A stretch of DNA of 64,000 nucleotides from a virus (taxonomy: Duplodnaviria > Caudoviricetes): the IMG/VR virus record IMGVR_UViG_3300033547_000001, positions 10,014-74,013 of that record. One strand, written 5' to 3'. The notes below the pieces were generated by a model. The model ran no database searches. It was given only the letters and a program-made list of their open reading frames with translations, and was not told where the DNA came from. A program made the position numbers and the translations under genes. Positions 43,647 through 53,927 of the stretch are shown one piece after another (position 1 is the first letter of the stretch; each line of letters begins with the position of its first letter).

Positions 43647-44305
43647 GACTTCTTTCTCGCCCATGTGGCAAGCTTGGCTTGTCGGATACGTTCGCAAGTT
43701 TCTGGCGATCGCTTCAATCCTCGGCCAGCAATTCCTATTTTTGCCCGGGTCTCTGCCGATAGCACTCTTTTAGGTCTGGCAGCAAGCGCCTCCGGCGAGA
43801 ACTTAAATCCGGACTTAGCGGTGCTGATCTTCAACCGCACCGATGGATGCTCCATTGCGGACTTCGTCGCTGCACTTATCCTAGACCGCCTCTCAGGAGA
43901 GATGGGCTTTCCTCTCAACGCAGCCGATCTCTTTGCATTGGATGCTGGCGTTCGCACCAGAGCGCGACTGGCATCAGCTATCTTAACCAAAGCTTCAGCA
44001 CCATGGCGGTTTCCAAGCATCGGATTGAAGTCGCCTCCAAGACCGACGTTGTAGCCGAATCTTCGGTCAGTAGTTCGAAATGCAGCAATCGCCTTAATTT
44101 CCAGTTCGTGGATGTAATCCATCGAACCGATGACAAGAGTTCGCATTCTAGCTTCGTTGTACTTAGCAATGGCTGCACAAATTGGCCGTTTTAATCTCTT
44201 CGCATCCGACAGATGGTCGCGCCATCTAACTTCCGCCGTTCGGCCTGTGATACCGAAATAACGCTTACCATTTGGAAATTCGATGACGTAGAGCAGATAG
44301 GACAT
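43643..44305 (-). CDS. GIY-YIG homing endonuclease with NUMOD3-like repeats
   Basis: LLYVI..NGKRYFGIT...RWRDH, E, GYN..GG, SAETRAKI and SPETCERI repeats; AT-rich. Confidence 0.88.
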   Translation of the reverse strand: MSYLLYVIEFPNGKRYFGITGRTAEVRWRDHLSDAKRLKRPICAAIAKYNEARMRTLVIGSMDYIHELEIKAIAAFRTTDRRFGYNVGLGGDFNPMLGNRHGAEALVKIADASRALVRTPASNAKRSAALRGKPISPERRSRISAATKSAMEHPSVRLKISTAKSGFKFSPEALAARPKRVLSAETRAKIGIAGRGLKRSPETCERIRQAKLATWARKKS

Positions 44306-44307
44306 TG

Positions 44308-45315
44308 CTAGCTGAAACCTTTGATTACCGAGATGCTGACGCACCTACAATTAATCAAAGTTCCTGGCCAGATCCACTTCTTTTCATGTGGATCGAACCA
44401 TCCTTTTTTCACGTCAAAAAGCTTCCCGTTGTTCGCGAGGTGGGTCGGCCTAGGCACCTTGCCGCCGCCGCTGTGCCGCCACTTCGCCTGCGTGATGCCG
44501 AGCTCGACCTGGCGCACACGGTGCATATTCGCGGAAGCCTTGTTGTTCTGATCTCTGGCGATTAGCGCCGCCCGCCGCTTCGTGATCGGATACCGCGCTT
44601 CAAGCTCCTTCGCCAGCGTCCCCAGGTCTCGCCCCGCCGAGACCGACCGCATCACGAGGCCCTCGATGTCCGAGAAATACTCGCTGGCGATCGACCGGAT
44701 CAGACCGACGTTCTCAGCGGTGGTCGCCTCGACCACATCCCTCATCGCCGGCGTCATCTGGAACTTCACCGAGAAGCCGCCCTGGCGCAGGATCGACCGC
44801 ATTGACTTGTCCGTGCGCTGCGATACCGCCTTGGCGAAGTAATTTGCCAACTTCGGCGCCGCGGCGTCGATGTTCGCCGTCCACCGGTCCGCCATCTGCC
44901 TCACGGCCTTCGACATCACGACCGCCGGCGAATGCCTCATGGCGATCTTGGCCACGTCCAGCGCTGCCTCGCGCGTCTTCCAGGTGCGCACGGCGCCGTC
45001 CGAGCGCCTCAGTACGATCCCGTCGACGTAGGCCCGCCATGTGCCGTTCTCCGTCAGCCTCGCGTCGGGCCCGCTCAGGCTCGGCTTTGGCGAGTATCGA
45101 TCCGCTGGCGCATCGTCCATCGCCATCGCTGGCGGGTTGTTGCGATAGGCAGACTTCAGCCAATAGACGGTCGAGTCGTTCATCTCCTCGATCAGGCGCA
45201 GCAGCCGAGCCCTGTACTCGACCTGGATCCCGAGATTGGGGTGCAGCGGACGGAGCTTGATCTCCTTGCCGCGCGAAGGAAGCACTTCGGTAGCTTGGAA
45301 AGGAGATCGTGCCAT
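44308..45315 (-). CDS. MuF/gp7-like head morphogenesis protein
   Basis: ENVGLIRSI, RAALIARDQNNKA, WRHS.GGK.PRP.H, PGTLINCRC. Confidence 0.9.
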   Translation of the reverse strand: MARSPFQATEVLPSRGKEIKLRPLHPNLGIQVEYRARLLRLIEEMNDSTVYWLKSAYRNNPPAMAMDDAPADRYSPKPSLSGPDARLTENGTWRAYVDGIVLRRSDGAVRTWKTREAALDVAKIAMRHSPAVVMSKAVRQMADRWTANIDAAAPKLANYFAKAVSQRTDKSMRSILRQGGFSVKFQMTPAMRDVVEATTAENVGLIRSIASEYFSDIEGLVMRSVSAGRDLGTLAKELEARYPITKRRAALIARDQNNKASANMHRVRQVELGITQAKWRHSGGGKVPRPTHLANNGKLFDVKKGWFDPHEKKWIWPGTLINCRCVSISVIKGFS

Positions 45316-45593
45316 GTACACCTGATTTCTCGATCTGGCGATAGAGCTTGATTAGATCCCTATAGATCTCGGCATCAATGTCGATCGAAACCATCGGTGC
45401 TATAGGATCACCGTATTCGGCGATAATTCGCTGTAGGTAACCGAGCCTTGGCCGGATGACCGATATCGACGCCGCGCCGGCGAGGAAAGACCGGCGCGTC
45501 ATGTCCATAGCGCGACTCCACCGTTCGCGTCTGCTTTTAGCCAGATCACGTCATCACCACGCTCGTCGTGGGTCGTTTCGTGCGTGACACGGA

Positions 45594-46052
45594 TTATGTC
45601 CCGATCCTCTTGAGCCCGTAGCCCGATGCGATCCCGTCGAGCGATTTCCCGATCGCAGTCTCGATATCGATCGTGGCGCTCAGGTTGTGGTCGACCAGCC
45701 ACTGGATGACCCGCTTGCGGAGGCTCGCGTCGTCTTCTGGTGGTGACGCCGTGTTCGCCTCAGCGAAGAGCCTCATCTCGGCCTCAGCCTTGACTGCGTC
45801 GGTCACGCTGACCTGCCCGCTCATCAGCATCGCAGCGTTGTAGAGAATGCCGGCGAGGTCCCTCACATCGTTGACATAGTACGATGGAAGGTCGACCGCT
45901 CCCTTCAAGGCATGCAGCCTGTTCCGCACATTGCCCAGCAGAAACTCAGCGTATCGCCGGCTGACGGTTGGGCGCCATTCTCCCGCACCATCATTGCGAA
46001 CTCGTTCCTTCATGGCATCGAGCCGCTTCTCGTAGTCGATATGGTTGAACAT
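45594..46052 (-). CDS. Hypothetical protein
   Basis: GGAG RBS; C-terminal EDDASLR..LDGIASGYGLKR. Confidence 0.6.
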   Translation of the reverse strand: MFNHIDYEKRLDAMKERVRNDGAGEWRPTVSRRYAEFLLGNVRNRLHALKGAVDLPSYYVNDVRDLAGILYNAAMLMSGQVSVTDAVKAEAEMRLFAEANTASPPEDDASLRKRVIQWLVDHNLSATIDIETAIGKSLDGIASGYGLKRIGT

Positions 46053-46131
46053 TTGATGCTCCCTCAGACGCCTATTCGTCGTCGGGATCCTCTACAACGT
46101 TTCCATCCTCGTCGACAATACTAGAAAGCCG

Positions 46132-49020
46132 TCACCCCTTGCTGCCGTAGCCGGATTCGCCCAAGATCTTGAGCATCTGTGCAGCACCGGCTGGGGATGA
46201 TGCGACGTTTTTTACCTCTTCAGGAACGGAGTTCCACGCGATTCCCCCGTTCTCCTTGTATTCGGGCTTCCATCCGCTCGACAGAGCCTTGGTTATGACG
46301 TTCTCGCGGTGCTTGTAGACCTCATCTTTTTGCTTTGCTGCCTCCTGCCGCTGGGCCGCTTCTTCCGCAGCACGAGCGGCTGACGACATATTCTTCCAGC
46401 GATCGAAATCTTTGCGATATTCGGAATGCTGCTTCGAAACATCGTCATGCTCGTTGTTGATGACCTGATCAACTTCTTCGAGCGCAGCCCGCAGTTCGTC
46501 TCGAAGATTTCCTATTTCCTCCCGCAGAGCTTCTTCGGCATCCACGATATCGCTCTCGACTTCTTCGGCGTCGATGTCCTCGTCCGAGATCCTATCGCCA
46601 TCTTCATCCAACCCGTGAATGAGATGATGCAAATTATCGGATGTCGAATTTAGCTCTTCGAAGCGACCGGATATATCCTGCACAATGCGGCTGATCTCGC
46701 CAGATTGGATGTGCGATAGACCAAATTCTTCGAGACTTAGCTTCTTGAAAGAAGATCCTTCCGGCTTGTCCCCGGCCAAAGCATCCAGCTTGTTGGCAAT
46801 ATCAACGAGATTGTTTCGCACCTTGGCGACAACTGCGGGAGCTTTCTCGTATGCATATTCTTGAGCGTTCTGCTCCGCCTCGAACTCCATCCCCTCGTCT
46901 AAGTCCGCGCGATCCTCTGGAGTGACATCCCAGACATCGCTGATTACTCCGTTGAACTCGTCATTCAAATCTACAAGTTTGGAATGGAGCTTCTCGCTTA
47001 CCTTTGCCGCCTTATCAAGTTTGAGCTCCTTGGCCGACTTCGAGAGCGATTGCGCCCCAGTGGATCCGAATTTTCCGTCCGGCGCGCGCGGGTGGTCGGA
47101 TTCATTGAACTCATCCCACGCGGTATGAACGAAAGGGATGACGGCATCGTTGGCCCCGCCTCCGTCGTCTTCGCTCTCGCCACCGGCGCCGCCTTGCGCT
47201 TTGCCGCCCTTGACGACGAGGCCCTCTTCCTCTTCCTCAGCCAGGTCCGGGAGATGCTCAGGCGGCAGCCCGTTGTAGGGCGAATTTTCATCGGAGACGA
47301 TAACGCTGCGGACTTCGCCCTGGCCGATCGCGCCGAGGTCGACGTAGATCGTATGCGTCTCGGCCTCGATCTTGCGGACCTCGGCCTGGCCCTTCTCGTC
47401 GAGGGACCACAGCGGCTCGAACTCGAATCCGATCGCGGGGTCAACCTCGCCATAAAGGTCGAGCTGAATGAAATTGATGATCGTCTGCAGCTTGTAGCGC
47501 CATAGCGACTCCTGCATCGCGTTGACGAAATCATAAAACACCCGCAACTCGCCTTCGCTCGAGGCGTTCAGGCCAGTCGGAGTGATGCCGAGGAGGACGA
47601 TCAGAGGAAGTCCTGAGACGCTTGAAAGCTGCTCCTGCGACTGCGCCTGCAGCGCGTCGAGCGTTCCAAGAGGCGTCGAGACGTTGAAGAACTCCTCGGT
47701 CTCCTTGTCTAAGACCATCGAGCCCATGTTCTGCCGCGTCTCGGCGAACAACTCGATACGGTCGACGACCTCCTCGCCGCCTCCCTGCAGCAGGCTCTGG
47801 GCGTTGGTGTAGATCCCGCTGACCGAGAAGCTCTCGATCAGGTCGGTGACGGCCTGGCGCGTGCGAAGCCAGTTGTCGACGTACGGCTTCGCCATCTGCG
47901 ACAGCGACAACCCACCAAAGGCGTAGGCTGGCTTGAGCAGGTCCGGAACCTCGCGGCCAACGAATGTCAGCAGGCGCGATCGGTGGATCTGCTTCTGCAT
48001 CGCGAACCAGACATCGGGACGATACCAATCGTCCGCCAACGGGTCGGTCGCGTTGTAGCGCACAGGGTAGCACCACACGGGCTCGATGTGCTTCAGCGCC
48101 TTGAACGATCCCTTCTTGAACTTGCGCTTGCTGACGTCATTCGATCCGTCACCGAGGTCGGTGAGCAGCTCGGCCGGATCATCCCCGTCGCCGGTGTCGA
48201 TGTAGAGGTGGCTCCTGCCCATCCAGCAGTCGTATTCGGCGACGTTCTTGAAGCGGCCGCGGACGTCGAGCTTCTTCATGCGCTCGTTGATCTTGCGCAG
48301 CTTGCGCTCACGCGCCTTCTGCTCCGGGCTCGCCTCCACCGGCTTGGGCTTCGGCCGCTGCTTCTGGAGCGCGGCCTCCTCGTCTTCCTCCTGCGGCGCG
48401 CGCTCGGCCGCGATCGATATCTTGCTGGTCGGCGCCTTGTCCTGGGCGACCTTCTTGCCGTCGTCGTCCTCGTCCGTGTCGTCCTCGCCCTCGCTGGCGA
48501 TCGTGAGCCGGATCCACTTCCGGGTCATCTCGGTCGCGAGGCGCTCGCCCATCCTGCGATATTCGGGGCGCAGCGTGAGTTCGGACAGATAGGCATAACC
48601 GAGGAACGCCAAGCCTTCGGCAAACGCCGCGCCGAAGCCGCCCGACATGCTCATCGCCGAGCTGAATGAATCGTTTGCCCAACTGGCGAGGTCGCTGTCC
48701 ATGGCCAGCGCCGGTTCCCTACCGGGCGGCAGGACGCCCGGTGGGGGGTTGTAGGCCTGGAACGGATTGACCGCAGTGATCTGCCCGAAGATCGTATCCC
48801 CGCCTCCGCGCTCCATGGCTTGGCGCATACGGCGCCCTCGGATCTTCGCCCGCACACTGGGGTTGATCTTGAGCGCTGTCTTCGGCGCTGGTTGAGCGGG
48901 CGCTGACGGCTCAGCTGGCTTGGCAGGCGCTGGCGTCGGCGCGTGGTTGATCACGCCCATCACCGACCTACGGATCAACTCCGAAGCCTCGGTTTGCTTC
49001 CTGTAGCGCGTCACGGTCAC
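46132..49020 (-). CDS. Portal protein (DUF1073 type) with about 330-aa C-terminal extension
   Basis: FLGYAYLSEL..RPEYR, FGGLSLSQ..YVDNWLRTR, LLGITPTGLNASSEGE, F.PLW; then FNESDHPRAPDGKFG and an acidic helical tail. Confidence 0.9.
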   Translation of the reverse strand: MTVTRYRKQTEASELIRRSVMGVINHAPTPAPAKPAEPSAPAQPAPKTALKINPSVRAKIRGRRMRQAMERGGGDTIFGQITAVNPFQAYNPPPGVLPPGREPALAMDSDLASWANDSFSSAMSMSGGFGAAFAEGLAFLGYAYLSELTLRPEYRRMGERLATEMTRKWIRLTIASEGEDDTDEDDDGKKVAQDKAPTSKISIAAERAPQEEDEEAALQKQRPKPKPVEASPEQKARERKLRKINERMKKLDVRGRFKNVAEYDCWMGRSHLYIDTGDGDDPAELLTDLGDGSNDVSKRKFKKGSFKALKHIEPVWCYPVRYNATDPLADDWYRPDVWFAMQKQIHRSRLLTFVGREVPDLLKPAYAFGGLSLSQMAKPYVDNWLRTRQAVTDLIESFSVSGIYTNAQSLLQGGGEEVVDRIELFAETRQNMGSMVLDKETEEFFNVSTPLGTLDALQAQSQEQLSSVSGLPLIVLLGITPTGLNASSEGELRVFYDFVNAMQESLWRYKLQTIINFIQLDLYGEVDPAIGFEFEPLWSLDEKGQAEVRKIEAETHTIYVDLGAIGQGEVRSVIVSDENSPYNGLPPEHLPDLAEEEEEGLVVKGGKAQGGAGGESEDDGGGANDAVIPFVHTAWDEFNESDHPRAPDGKFGSTGAQSLSKSAKELKLDKAAKVSEKLHSKLVDLNDEFNGVISDVWDVTPEDRADLDEGMEFEAEQNAQEYAYEKAPAVVAKVRNNLVDIANKLDALAGDKPEGSSFKKLSLEEFGLSHIQSGEISRIVQDISGRFEELNSTSDNLHHLIHGLDEDGDRISDEDIDAEEVESDIVDAEEALREEIGNLRDELRAALEEVDQVINNEHDDVSKQHSEYRKDFDRWKNMSSAARAAEEAAQRQEAAKQKDEVYKHRENVITKALSSGWKPEYKENGGIAWNSVPEEVKNVASSPAGAAQMLKILGESGYGSKG

Positions 49021-50345
49021 GCCCGGCGCCCGCCCATGGATGCCACCTTCGCACGAATGTTCTTGCTGATCTTCATCGGCAGCCTCACGTGTGTTCGATG
49101 GTAGGCCGCCAGTGCCAACGCCATGACGCAGTCGTCGTGGAATCCTTCCGGCGCCTCATAGCGGACACCGGTCCGGGTATAGACATACTCGAAGCTTTCC
49201 AACTCGCGACGAATGTGACCCGGATGATCATGCGGAAGTACGCCGTCGGGCGCATCTGGGAACGAAACCTCGCCCGTATGGATCGCGATCTGAAGTGCCT
49301 CCATCAGGATCTGCTTGGACTGCTGGCTGAAGATATAGCCCTCGACTCGCGCTCCTGGCTTCTTCTGCAGTCGTTCGACGACCACGTCGCCAACGCCCGT
49401 GCTGTCAGCGAGCGTCGGCGTCGTGCCGATCGACGCGTGGATAAGCGGGTATTGCGCCTCCCACCCGATCTGCATGCGCATGAACTTGCCGAGCCGGCCG
49501 TACTGGTCGAGGCCGCAGTCCACCGTCCAGTCCTGCTTTTTAGCGAAGTCCAGCCCGTGCACGATCACGGGCCCGGTCGTCATCGGCTGCACGCACGCGG
49601 CGATCGCCCTCAGGCCGAATGGGTTGCCCTGGTCGTCGCTCGGCTCGGCGAGGTACAGCTCCTTGAACACCGCCTCGGGGAGAACCTTGCGAGCGTCCTC
49701 GACCTCATCGGCCTCCAGGACGTGCGCAGCAATCGCGTCGATCGCCGTGATCTTGTGGTAACCGAAGTTGGCGTCGTCGCCCTTCTCGGCCTTCCTGGCG
49801 AGCTGGTAGAACCAGTTGCGGCGCCCCTTGACGTTGCCGATGATCCTGATCGGGCCGCGGGTGGCCGTCAGCGTCGACCGGACAGCGAACCAGGAATCCT
49901 CCTTCGTGCGCGAGGCCTCGTCCATTACCGCCGCATAGACGTCCTCGCCGTAGAGCGAATCCGGCTTGTCGGCCGACTTGAACCAAAGCACCGCGCCGTT
50001 GATCAGCGTGATGGTCTTGAGCGTCTGGTTCTCGGTCCGAAGATCGTGCGGGATCGCCCGCAATGCCCGTCGAAAGGCGATGTCTGCTTGCCCGCTTACT
50101 GGCGCTATCCACCAATAGTTCCATCCCTCCTGACCATGCAGAGCCTGTTCAAAAAACCAGACAATACATGCACTTGTCTTTCCCGCCTTAGTGGACGCCT
50201 CGATCAGTGAATAACGCCGCGAGTCGAAGATCGCGTGCAGCTGCTTCGGATAGAGGTAGGGCCGCTCGTAGTCGAGGATGTACTCCTCGAGGTCCGCGAC
50301 CGCGCCTATCTTGCCGGTGCCCTCCTGGGCCTCGTTGATCGCCAC
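49017..50345 (-). CDS. terL: Terminase large subunit
   Basis: ASTKAGKT Walker A-like, VMDEA Walker B, GLDFAKKQD and HDDCVMALA nuclease motifs. Confidence 0.93.
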   Translation of the reverse strand: MAINEAQEGTGKIGAVADLEEYILDYERPYLYPKQLHAIFDSRRYSLIEASTKAGKTSACIVWFFEQALHGQEGWNYWWIAPVSGQADIAFRRALRAIPHDLRTENQTLKTITLINGAVLWFKSADKPDSLYGEDVYAAVMDEASRTKEDSWFAVRSTLTATRGPIRIIGNVKGRRNWFYQLARKAEKGDDANFGYHKITAIDAIAAHVLEADEVEDARKVLPEAVFKELYLAEPSDDQGNPFGLRAIAACVQPMTTGPVIVHGLDFAKKQDWTVDCGLDQYGRLGKFMRMQIGWEAQYPLIHASIGTTPTLADSTGVGDVVVERLQKKPGARVEGYIFSQQSKQILMEALQIAIHTGEVSFPDAPDGVLPHDHPGHIRRELESFEYVYTRTGVRYEAPEGFHDDCVMALALAAYHRTHVRLPMKISKNIRAKVASMGGRRA

Positions 50346-50849
50346 TCAGTTCAGCTTCGACGGTCCGGCGCCGTTGGTGCCTTTCGCCGGCTTGGTGACC
50401 GAGGTGGTGGCCACGACATCGATGTGCCGCGGCGCCGGACGGCCCTGGCCGTCGAAGATCCCCACCGTGAACCGCTTCTTGACCGCGCCGCGCTCGGGCG
50501 GAGGCGCCACCACCTGGACAGCGGCCAGCTTGGGGCTCTGGTAAGCCGCCAGATCGGAGGCTGCCTTCAGCGCCAGCTTGGCATACTTCTCGAACATGGG
50601 CTCATTCGCCGATTTCGCCCACACCTGCAGCGCCTGCTCGGTCGGCGCCGTCGGCTGGAACTTGGCGGCGACCCCCATGAACAGCACCATGAACTCCTCG
50701 AGGACCTCCTTGCCCAGCTTCTTGCCGGACATGGCGGCCTCGTTCATCACGCGCTCGGCAAGGATCTCGCGCTCGATCGTCTTGCGGTACTTCTGGCCCT
50801 TCTTGCTCCCGCCCCCGTTACGAGTTCCCGGTTTGGCTCCTCTTGGCAT
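50346..50849 (-). CDS. terS: Terminase small subunit
   Basis: GG.KKGQK N-terminus, AA..LAAYQSPKLAAV; abuts terL. Confidence 0.75.
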   Translation of the reverse strand: MPRGAKPGTRNGGGSKKGQKYRKTIEREILAERVMNEAAMSGKKLGKEVLEEFMVLFMGVAAKFQPTAPTEQALQVWAKSANEPMFEKYAKLALKAASDLAAYQSPKLAAVQVVAPPPERGAVKKRFTVGIFDGQGRPAPRHIDVVATTSVTKPAKGTNGAGPSKLN

Positions 50850-50903
50850 CAGGCACGTCCCCGGATTCTGTAGGATCTGTGAACAAGGGCACGCAGCACG
50901 GGT

Positions 50904-51131
50904 TCAGCTCCTAGACGGCCGGGAGCTCTTGGCGCACCCCAGCAGGACGCAGTCGCCGGGCGTTCGGCACTGATCGAAGCATGCGAAGGGGAAGCCGCCC
51001 AGCACCGGGGATCCGTCCTTGGCGCTGAACACGCTCCCGAGGAGCGGGGCGCAGCCTGGCATTGGCGCGTAGAGGTCGAACCGATCCCCTCCCTCAGTCC
51101 AATGCCCCTTCCTGCGGCTTCTTTCCGCCAT
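50904..51131 (-). CDS. Hypothetical protein
   Basis: GAGGAG RBS; Cys-rich C-terminus. Confidence 0.5.
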   Translation of the reverse strand: MAERSRRKGHWTEGGDRFDLYAPMPGCAPLLGSVFSAKDGSPVLGGFPFACFDQCRTPGDCVLLGCAKSSRPSRS

Positions 51132-51193
51132 GGCTTCGGCTCCTCGTGAGGGGGCTCCGCCCCCTCCTCGTCATCACCGACCCGTTAGGGGTT

Positions 51194-51199
51194 TGTCAA
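51194..51199 (-). promoter_or_regulatory. Possible -35 element (TTGACA) facing the terminase operon
   Basis: Consensus hexamer in a divergent intergenic region; no good -10. Confidence 0.3.
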
Positions 51200-51267
51200 C
51201 CTGTTGGGCCCAATGTGCGCACGGTCACGGCATGTTGCCGGACGATTGCCCAAAAGGATCCCTGATT

Positions 51268-51438
51268 ATGCGGTTGAGTATGCGAGCAAAATGCGCCTGT
51301 GGCGCCCCCCGCCTCTACCTCTGCCGGTGCTGCTATGGCGGGTGCATGTGCCCAGCCCATCGCCCGGTCGAGGAAAATGCAACAATTGCTCATAAACCAG
51401 TTGATGCGAACCCGAAAGCAGCCTATACCGATAGTTGA
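51268..51438 (+). CDS. Small Cys-rich (zinc-finger-like) protein
   Basis: AAAGGA RBS; CAC..CRCC..CMC..H. Confidence 0.5.
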   Translation: MRLSMRAKCACGAPRLYLCRCCYGGCMCPAHRPVEENATIAHKPVDANPKAAYTDS

Positions 51439-51809
51439 GTTTAACCCTGACACCCGGAGGAAAGCCTGATGTCCCCCCCCCTAAAGCAACGCCCCCTCTT
51501 CGACTTCCGCTCGATGCTGATTACCATCCCGATCGCCCTGATCGGTGGTCTCACCCTGCTATTCGTCGCGATCGCGCCGATCAACTGGGGTCCGGTCTAA
51601 TGGACGACGCTACACGGGCAGCGACCCTTAACCGCATCGTCGAGAACAACCGCCGCAAGATGCTCGACGTCATGGAGGGCATCAGCAACCTTCGGCGCCA
51701 CAACACGCCCGAGACCTCGTTCGCCTTCCGCGCCGCCGTCGTCGAGCTCTACCGCGCCCGGGATCGGGTGTGGGACGCCCAGAACTTCGCTGCAACTCCT
51801 CGGATTTAG
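51435..51809 (+). CDS. Hypothetical protein (start may be ATG 51600)
   Basis: Helical C-terminal half. Confidence 0.45.
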   Translation: MSLTLTPGGKPDVPPPKATPPLRLPLDADYHPDRPDRWSHPAIRRDRADQLGSGLMDDATRAATLNRIVENNRRKMLDVMEGISNLRRHNTPETSFAFRAAVVELYRARDRVWDAQNFAATPRI

Positions 51810-51994
51810 AGCTTATCGAAGCGCCCGGCATGCCCGGGCGTCACGATGCGCTTACCGCATCATCGACAAGAGGAGGAAAGACCTTGTCAACCGACAGACC
51901 GCACCTCGCCGCATTGGCGAATAAATTCTGCGCATGGAAGGCTATGAGTGCACCGGCCACGGTGCAGGCCATCAACAACCAGGAGACCACCACC

Positions 51995-52273
51995 ATGACG
52001 AAAGCTGCAGCTGTGAAGAAGACCAAGAACTTAAAGGCCAAGGCCAATACTGCGAACAAATCTCGTGCTGCTGCGAGCTTGGCCACAGGCCGCAAGGGGC
52101 AGGTCATTGCGATGCTCAAACGTCCCTCTGGCGCAACTACCGAGGACATCTGCAAGTCGACCGGCATGCTCCCACACAGCGCTCGAGCGTTGATCAGCGG
52201 CATCGCCAAGACGGAGAGGGTCGCAACAACCAAAGCAAGCCGCGAGGATCCGACGGTCTATAAGATCGGCTGA
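51995..52273 (+). CDS. DUF3489 winged-helix protein
   Basis: AGGAG RBS; K.QVIAMLKRP.GAT..I...TG..PHS.RALISG. Confidence 0.85.
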   Translation: MTKAAAVKKTKNLKAKANTANKSRAAASLATGRKGQVIAMLKRPSGATTEDICKSTGMLPHSARALISGIAKTERVATTKASREDPTVYKIG

Positions 52274-52290
52274 CCTGATGCACCGAATGA

Positions 52291-52318
52291 AGAGCCCGGC
52301 CTTAGTGCCGGGCTTTTT
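52291..52318 (+). terminator. Intrinsic, probably bidirectional, terminator
   Basis: AGCCCGGC-CTTAGT-GCCGGGCT-TTTT between convergent genes. Confidence 0.85.
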
Positions 52319-53589
52319 CATGCCGCGGCTTTGGAGCGGTCCTTGACGACCTGATCGAAGGTCTTCTTCGTTCCTTGCAGCACGGCTTTCTTGTCAGAGA
52401 ATTTCTCCCACCGTCGCACGGCCAAGTCCACATAGGCCGGGTTCAATTCGACGGCCAGACATACCCTTCCAAGCGTTTCCGCCGAGATGATGGTGGTGCC
52501 GCTACCAGCGTAGGGCTCAAACACCAGATCGCCGGCGATTGAGTAAAGCCGGAGCAATCGGGAGATTAACTCCACCGGCTTCGCCCATGGCACCGGCCGC
52601 TCCCAATGGCCGCACGAGAACAACTTCGAATAGTCGGCGTGTTCGAGACCATGCTGAGGAGCAATCTTACCGATCAGAACGACATAATCGAGGTCAGACA
52701 TGAGGTGGTTGTTGTGGTTTGGAACCGAAGCTTGTCGGTGCAGAACTGCAACGTCCCACTTCAACTTCTTTGCTCGAGCAAGATCAAGGTAGTCTGCAAG
52801 CAGATCCTTCGATGTGAAGATCACGTTAGCTTCACTGAGCGAGCACAGGTCCGAAACCTTGAAGTCTGCGACTTCGTCGCGCTTCATTTTTGCGGTGTGC
52901 GTCATGTCGCTGTAGATTCCACCTCCTCGCGTCTCAGCGCTATAGGGTGGATCTGCTAACATCAACTTCGGACGTTCGGCGAACAGTTTTGCCGTGATCT
53001 TTTCGCTACTCGAATCCCCACAGACCAGACGGTGAGAGCCCATCAACCATACGTCGCCGAGCCTTGATACCGCCGGCGCCAGGTCGGGGATGTCGTTCGG
53101 GTTGCCGGATCCGCCAGCGCCACCGATGAAGGTAGCCAATCGAACATTGTCAAAACCGGTGAGGTGCAGCGGGTAGTCGAGCTTTGCGAGCGTGGTCAGG
53201 CCGATCCGCAGCAAGCCTTTGTCGAAACCGGTCATTGCCGGCAGAGCATTGTCGCTGATAACGATCGCCCACTTCTGCGCCGGCGTCAGGCCTGGGCGAA
53301 CTATGGTCGGCACCAAAGCCCGCTCTGCTTTGCGTGCGCCGAGCTGACGCCCATGCCCTTTGAGGATCGTGTCGGTCTCGTCAATCAAGATCGGCTGGTC
53401 GAATCCGAACTCCAGGATGTTCGTCGCGATTGCGTCGATTTGTTCTGGCGTATGGATCTTCGGATTGTTCGGAAACGGGATGAGATCGTCCACCGGGCGC
53501 ATCACGATTTCTTCGGCAGTGAACTTGATCTCAGGAGCCGATACATTGGCGCCCGACTGCCTTTTCCTCTTCGAGACCTGCGTCTTCAA
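52318..53589 (-). CDS. ParB-like nuclease domain fused to N4/N6 DNA methyltransferase
   Basis: L.P.PNNPK.H..QI..IA..I.EFGF..PILID..GHGR; ADPPY; EPYAGSGTT; TTG start overlaps upstream stop. Confidence 0.9.
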   Translation of the reverse strand: MKTQVSKRKRQSGANVSAPEIKFTAEEIVMRPVDDLIPFPNNPKIHTPEQIDAIATNILEFGFDQPILIDETDTILKGHGRQLGARKAERALVPTIVRPGLTPAQKWAIVISDNALPAMTGFDKGLLRIGLTTLAKLDYPLHLTGFDNVRLATFIGGAGGSGNPNDIPDLAPAVSRLGDVWLMGSHRLVCGDSSSEKITAKLFAERPKLMLADPPYSAETRGGGIYSDMTHTAKMKRDEVADFKVSDLCSLSEANVIFTSKDLLADYLDLARAKKLKWDVAVLHRQASVPNHNNHLMSDLDYVVLIGKIAPQHGLEHADYSKLFSCGHWERPVPWAKPVELISRLLRLYSIAGDLVFEPYAGSGTTIISAETLGRVCLAVELNPAYVDLAVRRWEKFSDKKAVLQGTKKTFDQVVKDRSKAAA

Positions 53590-53927
53590 TCGATCGCCTC
53601 CGCGTCCACCGCGTCGCCCTTCATCAGCCTGAGCTTCTTCTGCGCCTCGAACGCGCTCGGATAGTTGCCTAAGGACGGCTTGATGAAGGCGCGAGGCACG
53701 TTCGCATAACCAAGTTGCTGGTTGGCGTCGTTGAAGACCATGGTGGCGTCGTATCCCCTGCCTTCGATCACCGCTCGACGCCTGGACCTGTTGCCGGCGC
53801 GCGTCCACTCGTGCGGCCAGTGCGTGACGAAGCCGGAGTCGATCAGCACCGCCATGTAGACGGTCATCTCGGAAAACGCCTCAACGTCCTTTTGATGTAC
53901 GGGATAACTCTTGCGCTTGAAGGCCAT
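53586..53927 (-). CDS. Hypothetical protein
   Basis: Operonic, coupled to the MTase. Confidence 0.65.
   Translation of the reverse strand: MAFKRKSYPVHQKDVEAFSEMTVYMAVLIDSGFVTHWPHEWTRAGNRSRRRAVIEGRGYDATMVFNDANQQLGYANVPRAFIKPSLGNYPSAFEAQKKLRLMKGDAVDAEAID

Noticed and set aside
44714-45508. 264-aa ORF with a Tat-like TRRSFL leader
   Set aside because: Only the first ~60 codons look coding; the rest overlaps MuF out of frame. A short real gene is possible but unsupported
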